This document shows, in pieces, positions 48,716 to 54,925 of a stretch of DNA of 64,000 nucleotides. Under the pieces are notes generated by a model that had not been told where the DNA came from, ran no database searches, and saw nothing but the letters and a program-made list of their open reading frames with translations. Within the stretch, counting starts at the first letter, position 1; each line of letters opens with the position of its first letter. This DNA comes from a virus: positions 32,001 through 96,000 of IMG/VR virus record IMGVR_UViG_3300044730_000313, one strand, 5' to 3'. The position numbers were made by a program, and so were the translations under genes.

Positions 48716-49019
48716 AGTTTAATGTGATGCGTGGATTCACCTTCACCTTTGTCCCATCCTTCACCAACACCCCCAGTTTTTTAAGCCTAGAAATGATGTT
48801 ATTTATGGAGGCATTGGTGGTGCCATATCTCTCACAGAAGTCCTTGCGTATATTGGCATAAGAGATGTTGCCCCTTACAGCAGCAAAGGCTAAGAGCTGT
48901 AATTCCCTTTGTGTCAGCTTTAAATCGTTCACAGCAGACAGAATGGTGTAATACCTCTCAGCTAGAAGGACATTATCCCCTTCTTGTTTCCTTAGCTTCT
49001 GTAATACAATGTTCTTCAT
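48672..49019 (-). CDS. Winged-helix DNA-binding protein, first late-operon gene
   Basis: LTQRELQLL...TTNASINNIISRLKKLGVLVK...VNP. Confidence 0.65.
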   Translation of the reverse strand: MKNIVLQKLRKQEGDNVLLAERYYTILSAVNDLKLTQRELQLLAFAAVRGNISYANIRKDFCERYGTTNASINNIISRLKKLGVLVKDGTKVKVNPRITLNFDNDITLEIRLVHG

Positions 49020-49033
49020 AGATTTAGTTAGTA

Positions 49034-49065
49034 CAAAGATAGGAACTATTTATAACATGGTCAAA
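49034..49065 (-). promoter_or_regulatory. Late-operon promoter TTTG-N20-TATCTTTG
   Basis: Perfect Bacteroidota consensus 14 nt upstream of the first late gene. Confidence 0.8.
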
Positions 49066-49182
49066 TACAATCTTTTATGCTATTGCTATATTATGTCTTA
49101 TTTCCCTTATTCCCGTCTACCAGAAGCCATAAAAAAGCTTTATATCTAAAGGATGTATAGAATAATAACCCGCCCTCCACCC

Positions 49183-49215
49183 CAAAGTTACAACATCCTT
49201 CAGATAGGTTCCAAA
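49183..49215 (-). promoter_or_regulatory. Second late promoter TTTG-N21-TAACTTTG
   Basis: Consensus match. Confidence 0.6.
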
Positions 49216-49275
49216 TTTATTTTTTGCACACGGTAGTGAAAAACGCTACCTAGCGCAAAATTTTAGTCAACCTAT

Positions 49276-49455
49276 CCCTTGACAAACACTCCCCTATAGT
49301 AAAGCTCTAGCTTGACATTCCCCCCTACCAGGTTCCACGTGAAACAGATCCCCCCTGTTTTTTACCCCCTGGAAAAACCCCCCTATCCGTGAGGGGGGAG
49401 CTTACTCCACACCAAGGACCGGGGGGCAATGTGCGCGGTGGGAGCCACCCCCCGT
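49276..49455. repeat. C-tract/G-tract-rich non-coding region at the strand switch (possible genome end or origin)
   Basis: Repeated CCCC(C)T tracts, two CTTGACA-N-CCCCTA units, then G-tracts; late and early transcription diverge here. Confidence 0.55.
49331..49346. promoter_or_regulatory. parS: parS-like site GGTTCCACGTGAAACA
   Basis: 15/16 match to the chromosomal parS consensus TGTTNCACGTGAAACA. Confidence 0.6.
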
Positions 49456-49501
49456 GTAATTCGTTAACAAGGAGCCACCTTGTAAAAAACTGTCGAATTT
49501 T

Positions 49502-49948
49502 ATGTCACAAGAACTGCGTGTTAAATCAGGTGTTTGGTCAGCAAAAGGCAACTTCACAGCTCGTACAGCTTATGGCCAAACTTTCTTCGTCCACAGAAAC
49601 CAAATGACCGAGTTGGGTTATGAGAACAAACAGGACGAAAGTGGGAAATGGTCTAATCCTACAGTTAAGTTCCCATTCTATGCTGTCGTAGACACAAGCA
49701 TGATTGGTCAGCTTGACAAGGATGGCAATCCTGCGGTTGGAGAAGATGGCAAGCCTGTCCAAGTTGCTCGCATCAACGCACTCTCAGTGTTCAAAGACCT
49801 CGATGAGTTGAAAGCTTGTGCAATCGAAGAGCGTACTATTGGTTCAGACATCGAACTTGCAGTACAGCAGCACATTCGCAGCAAGGCTAGCACAGCTGGT
49901 CTCAGCGAGCAGGCTATCAGCAGCATTCTTGCTAACTCACTCGTGTAA
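49502..49948 (+). CDS. First early gene, hypothetical protein
   Basis: 148-aa ORF followed by a strong terminator. Confidence 0.75.
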   Translation: MSQELRVKSGVWSAKGNFTARTAYGQTFFVHRNQMTELGYENKQDESGKWSNPTVKFPFYAVVDTSMIGQLDKDGNPAVGEDGKPVQVARINALSVFKDLDELKACAIEERTIGSDIELAVQQHIRSKASTAGLSEQAISSILANSLV

Positions 49949-49956
49949 TGATTTAC

Positions 49957-49990
49957 GAAAGTGTCCTCAATCAGGGGACACTTTCTTTTA
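49957..49990 (+). terminator. Intrinsic terminator
   Basis: GAAAGTGTCCTC-AATCA-GGGGACACTTTC-TTTT. Confidence 0.8.
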
Positions 49991-50342
49991 TTCATTATAT
50001 ATATGGGTGGGTAAACATGAAATGTTGATTGGGTGGGACTATAATCGATGCACAATGTATTGATTTTGTGTGAGTTAGAGAGTGGCTGTGTAACCCATTG
50101 CACCTTTTAGGGGGTAAAACCAGACATTGCTAATATGCATGTCTACAAAGAATATATATAGCATTAACCTAGCTAGCATATACATGGGAGAAATTTATTG
50201 TCACATTCTATGTATGTTAACAAACCAGCCACTGTATAGTCTACGGGCTAGGTGTGGAGACAGTTGAGTGTAATGGAAACTATTACTATCTATCGCCATT
50301 ATGCAATATAACCAGAATGATAGTGGGCAGCCTGGGAAGACA

Positions 50343-50498
50343 GGCATTAATGCACCATCCTAGCTTCCCAAGGGCTAGCGGTTGTAATATCCAATTGGAG
50401 GTAAAGATGCGAGTAGGACAATGCTGCCTTTAACCCAGCGAGCCCTCGATTTCAAGAACGCCAGTTCTTGTATTACAACTGAGTGCAGAGGGATATGT
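50343..50498 (+). ncRNA. Twister-like self-cleaving ribozyme (P1-type layout) with a large P5 insertion
   Basis: T^AA-TGCA(P2)-CC...CTAGC-TTCCCAAGG-GCTAG(P4)-[CGGTTGTAATA...TATTACAACTG]-AG-TGCA-GAGGG; both pseudoknots can form (CCC/GGG and CC/GG). Confidence 0.65.
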
Positions 50499-50603
50499 AT
50501 AGGTGTTCATCTGTTCTACTTCATAGAATAGAGGCTTTTTGGTGATGCAAAACCATATATTTTTATCTAAATCCTTATTAATCAATCATTTAAACTAATT
50601 AAC

Positions 50604-50813
50604 ATGAAGTATTTGTTAAAGCTACTGTTCATGACAGTGGCATTCCTTGTTGTAGCACCAGGTGTATTGTTATATTGCCTGTGGCACCTTGATCTCAGCA
50701 CATTTAGAATCATGTGGTTTGATCAGAAAATGATCATTAGAGAGCCTATGTACAAATTGTTTAACATTAAAATTATGGGTTATGGCACTAAGCCTCAATC
50801 ATTCAGAGCATGA
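50604..50813 (+). CDS. Small membrane protein
   Basis: Hydrophobic N-terminus, A-rich leader. Confidence 0.6.
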   Translation: MKYLLKLLFMTVAFLVVAPGVLLYCLWHLDLSTFRIMWFDQKMIIREPMYKLFNIKIMGYGTKPQSFRA

Positions 50814-50964
50814 TGAAGCACTCATCACCTATCCTTTGCCATTAGCTCAGGATGGGGACAAGAAACTGTGGATTATTAATAGCTGTCAAATATGGGCCTT
50901 AAACTATGAATCAGCTCTTGAGCTGGCTTATATGGCACAATCAGCATATGAAGAGTTTTCATAA
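50782..50964 (+). CDS. Hypothetical protein
   Basis: ORF followed by a terminator-like hairpin. Confidence 0.5.
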   Translation: MALSLNHSEHDEALITYPLPLAQDGDKKLWIINSCQIWALNYESALELAYMAQSAYEEFS

Positions 50965-50980
50965 AAGCAAGCAATCGTAC

Positions 50981-51015
50981 GGGCCTGCATTTCTATGCTG
51001 GGCCCTTTATTTTTT
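50981..51015 (+). terminator. Terminator-like hairpin
   Basis: GGGCCTGCA...TGCTGGGCCC followed by TTTATTTTTT. Confidence 0.5.
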
Positions 51016-51035
51016 AACTAATTCAATCAACAAAC

Positions 51036-51185
51036 ATGGAAAAGATAGCAAAAATAGTTGTACTAATGATTGTCCTTCTGGCAGTAATTGGTGGTCTCAT
51101 GTCTTGTGCAACCAATGGATATGGGTGCAAAGGCAGAGCTAAAGAGCCTACAGGCACTGTTGGTAAGAGATGGAAAGCAATGTAA
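51036..51185 (+). CDS. Small lipoprotein (49 aa), not in the ORF track
   Basis: MEKIAKIVVLMIVLLAVIGGLMS-CATNGYGC...; signal peptide ending in a lipobox-like LMSC. Confidence 0.65.
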   Translation: MEKIAKIVVLMIVLLAVIGGLMSCATNGYGCKGRAKEPTGTVGKRWKAM

Positions 51186-51218
51186 GATTTGACGAGTTGG
51201 GTTACTAAGGATGAAAGG

Positions 51219-51249
51219 ACAGCCTTGAAATACAGGCTGTTCCTTTTTT
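51219..51249 (+). terminator. Intrinsic terminator
   Basis: ACAGCCT-TGAAATAC-AGGCTGT followed by TCCTTTTTT. Confidence 0.6.
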
Positions 51250-51406
51250 AACATGTCGTAAAAAGGACAAAAATACACCATAAAGTGCTTTTTATGACAC
51301 ATTTATATGCAACACCATCCATTTTACTGCATTTCTGCATTATTATATGCATTCTAATGCACTTTATCGCTCACTTGAACTAATTTTATCGCTTAAAATA
51401 CTCATT

Positions 51407-51691
51407 ATGGAACCTTTAAATCCAAGAGAAAGGGCTTTTATTGTCCTTCTAGCATTATGTTTAGTTTTTTTATATCAACAAGTGAACAGTGTACAACCGC
51501 TTAAACAAGCTGCTGCAGACTGTCAAACAAAACTTGATGTACAAACAAAAAGAGCTGACTCATTGGAGGTTGAGTTGTTTCCTTTAGAGACACAGCTTGG
51601 CAGATATGAGATGGCTTTTACTATAATGGCAAGACGATATCCTAAATGTGCTGATATATACAGCATGATAATATCGGAGGAAACAGAATGA
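51407..51691 (+). CDS. Membrane-anchored coiled-coil protein
   Basis: Start reassigned to MEPLNPRE; N-terminal hydrophobic helix. Confidence 0.6.
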   Translation: MEPLNPRERAFIVLLALCLVFLYQQVNSVQPLKQAAADCQTKLDVQTKRADSLEVELFPLETQLGRYEMAFTIMARRYPKCADIYSMIISEETE

Positions 51692-51768
51692 TAGCTAATC
51701 TTAAACGCTACGCCATGCGTAGAATAAACCTAAAGTGGTCAGATTCGACCACTTTAAAAACAAATAAT

Positions 51769-52035
51769 ATGGCACAACAAACAGCAGTTAATTGGTTATT
51801 GTCTGAATTGCAGATAAGACTTTTGAAAATCAAATCAGAACCTGATGGGATTGTAAGAGAAAAAATGATAAATAGTTTTCTCATTGATGCAGAACAAGCC
51901 GAAGCAATGGAGGAGGAACAGATAGTAGAGTCTTGGCATAATGGATATGCTAATCAATCTCCTATGATAGACGAAGCTAATTGTGGACAGACATACTATA
52001 ACGAAACATATGGAGGGATGTCAGGGAAGTTCTGA
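51769..52035 (+). CDS. MAQQTA...YYNETY family protein, copy 1
   Basis: Start reassigned by identity of leader and N-terminus with copy 2. Confidence 0.7.
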   Translation: MAQQTAVNWLLSELQIRLLKIKSEPDGIVREKMINSFLIDAEQAEAMEEEQIVESWHNGYANQSPMIDEANCGQTYYNETYGGMSGKF

Positions 52036-52077
52036 CACCACAACTTCCCCCACCAAATAACACACAAAACAAATAAT

Positions 52078-52311
52078 ATGGCACAACAAACAGCAATGCA
52101 GACATTTATTGCTTGGGGTGACGAGATGTTACTAAAGCACCCACAAAAGATTTTATCTTTCGGAGAAGCAATAGATAAAGCTGTTGAGTTATTACAAATG
52201 GAGAAGGAGCATATAGTTGAAGCATTCTATGAAGGAATGAAAACAAACCCATTTGACCCTAATAGAGGTAGAGGAACAATGTATTACAACGAAACCTATA
52301 AAAAACAGTAA
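52078..52311 (+). CDS. MAQQTA...YYNETY family protein, copy 2
   Basis: Shares MAQQTA, ME.E.IVE and YYNETY with copy 1. Confidence 0.7.
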   Translation: MAQQTAMQTFIAWGDEMLLKHPQKILSFGEAIDKAVELLQMEKEHIVEAFYEGMKTNPFDPNRGRGTMYYNETYKKQ

Positions 52312-52312
52312 T

Positions 52313-52531
52313 ATGGTAGGAACAATCTTCAGAAAACACGTAGAAAGACATGAAATGGGCACTGCTGGTAAGTCTATGTATCAAGACTGGAAGGTGGTGG
52401 CTGATTTGGGTAATGATATCTACAGCTGTGTACGCGTAGATAATACACAAGATCCAATGGGTGCAGCTAGTCCTCAAAAGCGTACATTTAGAGGGTCTGA
52501 CATTCAAAAACACCTCAAAAACAAGCAGTGA
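52313..52531 (+). CDS. Hypothetical protein
   Basis: Start reassigned to MVGTIF, 1 nt after the upstream stop. Confidence 0.6.
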   Translation: MVGTIFRKHVERHEMGTAGKSMYQDWKVVADLGNDIYSCVRVDNTQDPMGAASPQKRTFRGSDIQKHLKNKQ

Positions 52532-52532
52532 T

Positions 52533-53051
52533 ATGTATTTCACCGTCGAACTTGTGCTTAAGAGTTATATGCCTAGGCAATTAGAGCCTGGAATGTGGTT
52601 TATCACTAAACTCAATCCTGGCACTAGAAAAGAATACACAGAAATATGGGCGCTTGACAAAACTCCTTTAGAACCCCTAGAAGAATTTATCACCAAAAAT
52701 GGTGCACCAGTCGAGCCCTATATCATCTATGATGAACAAGTGCTAGCTGAACCACATGAAATAGGGTGGTGGGATGATGGTCCACAGTTTGAAGAGCTTA
52801 GAGATATAGAGCTCAAAGACATCAACCTCATTCTAGAAGAATACGACGGGTATATTGATATCATGATTGACGATTGGGATTTTGCTCATGAGGATGAGGC
52901 TAATCCTGTTCTCAATGCTGATCCTATTACTAAAATTGAAAAGGTCACGCTATGCATTCCAGGTCTTTATGATGAGGAGGAAGAAGATGATGAGGATGAT
53001 CCAGATGGAGACTGGGATGATATGGATGATGACACATGGAAAGAAGATTAA
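52533..53051 (+). CDS. Hypothetical protein with highly acidic C-terminus
   Basis: Start reassigned to MYFTVE; ends DEEEEDDEDDPDGDWDDMDDDTWKED. Confidence 0.65.
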   Translation: MYFTVELVLKSYMPRQLEPGMWFITKLNPGTRKEYTEIWALDKTPLEPLEEFITKNGAPVEPYIIYDEQVLAEPHEIGWWDDGPQFEELRDIELKDINLILEEYDGYIDIMIDDWDFAHEDEANPVLNADPITKIEKVTLCIPGLYDEEEEDDEDDPDGDWDDMDDDTWKED

Positions 53052-53052
53052 A

Positions 53053-53232
53053 ATGAAAACACTCATGAAACTAATCAAAGAATTCATCTTTGGCAGGCGT
53101 GCAGATGCTGTCTGTCAGATTAAACCAGGCTTTAAAACCACCTATCCACCTAACCAGCCAGATGAATGGGCTTGGAAACAGGAGTTTAAGGTGGGTATGA
53201 TGTGTGGTAAAAAAGCAATCTATTTAAACTAA
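53053..53232 (+). CDS. Hypothetical protein
   Basis: Start reassigned to MKTLMK. Confidence 0.55.
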   Translation: MKTLMKLIKEFIFGRRADAVCQIKPGFKTTYPPNQPDEWAWKQEFKVGMMCGKKAIYLN

Positions 53233-53238
53233 TAGTCT

Positions 53239-53814
53239 ATGGGAATGGATGTACATGGTATTGCTCCTCAAACAGTTGGGGACAAACCTGAGAGACCAGA
53301 AAACTGGGACTCTCTAACAGAATATGAACGTAGTATGTATTACAATGAACTAAATAGCTGGGAAGCTCACAATCCTGGTGTTTATTTCAGAGCTAGTGGA
53401 TGGGCTTGGATACCTATTCACGCTATATGTGACTTTGCTATATACATTGCAAAGCTTCCTTTTAATACTAAAGGATGGGGAGAAAACAATGGATATGGTC
53501 TAAAGACACAGCAAGAGTGTGATGACCTAGCTAATGCTATTGAGCTCTATCTAGAGCTTAATAACGCTAATATGCATGATATGGATGACAGAATGTATCT
53601 GTGTCTTGGTTCATGGACCACTGCAAATAGTCGTTTCATGCCTAAAGAACTTGAGGATGAGCTTAATGAAGTGTATCCTCGAGGCACAATCCTATACAAT
53701 GGTGTTGTTACAAAGGATGGCACATTAGCTTATTCAGCACACAGTTGTCCTCTCTATCACATACAAAACTTTGTCACATTCCTTCGCAAATGTGGAGGAT
53801 TTGAAATCTTGTAA
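53239..53814 (+). CDS. Hypothetical phage protein (MGMD...YFR...W.W.P...CGGF type)
   Basis: Intact ORF in the operon. Confidence 0.7.
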   Translation: MGMDVHGIAPQTVGDKPERPENWDSLTEYERSMYYNELNSWEAHNPGVYFRASGWAWIPIHAICDFAIYIAKLPFNTKGWGENNGYGLKTQQECDDLANAIELYLELNNANMHDMDDRMYLCLGSWTTANSRFMPKELEDELNEVYPRGTILYNGVVTKDGTLAYSAHSCPLYHIQNFVTFLRKCGGFEIL

Positions 53815-53845
53815 CCAATTAAATCACAAATAAAAATCAAAGCAC

Positions 53846-54136
53846 ATGTCAAGAAAATCAATGTTCACAGATGAACAAATCAAGCAAATGAAGCAAGAAA
53901 TCCGTACAGGAGAACCTATTGTAATGTTGGCAGAAAAACTTGCTCCAAGGTACAATGTATCAGAGAATAGCATGCGTATAAAGCTGTACAGCTTAGCTAG
54001 ACGCACGTACAAGATTGCAGAATGGACTGGTCCAAAGCAACGTAGAAGAAGAATAGATAACACTCTTACAGTTCCCACACAGGTGACAGGTAAGAAAGTG
54101 GTTATGTATGATGATCACATCCGTATTTATTTCTAA
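53846..54136 (+). CDS. Putative HTH-like DNA-binding protein
   Basis: FTDEQI...LAEKLAPRYNVSENSMR pattern. Confidence 0.45.
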   Translation: MSRKSMFTDEQIKQMKQEIRTGEPIVMLAEKLAPRYNVSENSMRIKLYSLARRTYKIAEWTGPKQRRRRIDNTLTVPTQVTGKKVVMYDDHIRIYF

Positions 54137-54156
54137 ACATGTAAATACACATCCTT

Positions 54157-54369
54157 ATGCCTACACTCGTCTATCGCTCTGCCTGGAGCACAGTAACACC
54201 CTTAGTTTATTGTGATGGTTCTCATGATGCAGCTGTTAATGAATTCATTGACAGACTTATGAAAGCCAAGCTACGTACAACAAGATTGGTTCTTGATAAC
54301 AACAAGATGTATTACAAACCTAGTAACCAATACAAAAGATTTGTTGTTCGTATGCGAAAAATTAAGTAG
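54157..54369 (+). CDS. Hypothetical protein
   Basis: ORF in the operon. Confidence 0.55.
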   Translation: MPTLVYRSAWSTVTPLVYCDGSHDAAVNEFIDRLMKAKLRTTRLVLDNNKMYYKPSNQYKRFVVRMRKIK

Positions 54370-54380
54370 ATTTGGGCTAC

Positions 54381-54416
54381 GGTTCCTATCCTCATTTAAG
54401 AGGGTAGGAACCTTTT
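54381..54416 (+). terminator. Intrinsic terminator
   Basis: GGTTCCTATCCTC-ATTTAA-GAGGGTAGGAACC-TTTT. Confidence 0.7.
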
Positions 54417-54429
54417 AAATCCAAACTAT

Positions 54430-54660
54430 ATGGCAAAAGACAAATGCGTACTATGTGGCGCTGAAACTCCATATGATGAGAGTTTGCACATAGATTATAG
54501 ACATGGGTATATTGAAGGAGCTGGACAGCTCTGTAAAGCATGCTATGATAGGGGAACCAAACGAACGCACATTCTTATTCCTGCGGACGTTATCTATAAT
54601 ACCCCGAATGATCAAGAACTAGGCAACAAGGTGAGAACTATTTACAATCAAAGCATTTAA
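54430..54660 (+). CDS. Small zinc-finger-like protein
   Basis: CVLC...YIEGAGQLCKAC. Confidence 0.65.
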   Translation: MAKDKCVLCGAETPYDESLHIDYRHGYIEGAGQLCKACYDRGTKRTHILIPADVIYNTPNDQELGNKVRTIYNQSI

Positions 54661-54661
54661 A

Positions 54662-54925
54662 ATGGCAACTAAAAAATCAGTGGTAAAAGAAACAGCTCGT
54701 TTAACTATCATATGTGATTCAAATCAAGAATCTACAGTGAAAATCAAAGGAGACATACATACTCTTACAGCAGCACTTGCTTCTCTAATGGCACATGAAG
54801 ATGAAGATAATGTGTTTCGTGAGATGATGGCGTTAGCTATTCGTGTTGTTTTAGATGAAGACAAACAAAAGAAGAAGAAGAAATCTGCAACTAAAAAGAA
54901 AGCAGCTCCTAAAAAGAAGAAATGA
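54662..54925 (+). CDS. Hypothetical protein with Lys-rich histone-like tail
   Basis: KQKKKKKSATKKKAAPKKKK C-terminus. Confidence 0.65.
   Translation: MATKKSVVKETARLTIICDSNQESTVKIKGDIHTLTAALASLMAHEDEDNVFREMMALAIRVVLDEDKQKKKKKSATKKKAAPKKKK

Noticed and set aside
327-49000. Many short plus-strand and nested ORFs in the late module
   Set aside because: They overlap long, coherent minus-strand genes and have no recognisable motifs
49389-49607. 72-aa ORF across the G-rich region
   Set aside because: Low-complexity, overlaps the better-supported 49502 gene and lacks an A-rich leader
50217-50280. Second ribozyme or riboswitch upstream of the twister-like element
   Set aside because: Short stems exist (ACTGT/ACAGT, CCAC/GTGG) but no hammerhead, pistol or HDV core could be matched by eye
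51757-52095. CRISPR-like array from the 30-bp repeat
   Set aside because: Only two copies, 309 bp apart, each spanning a start codon; they are paralogous gene starts
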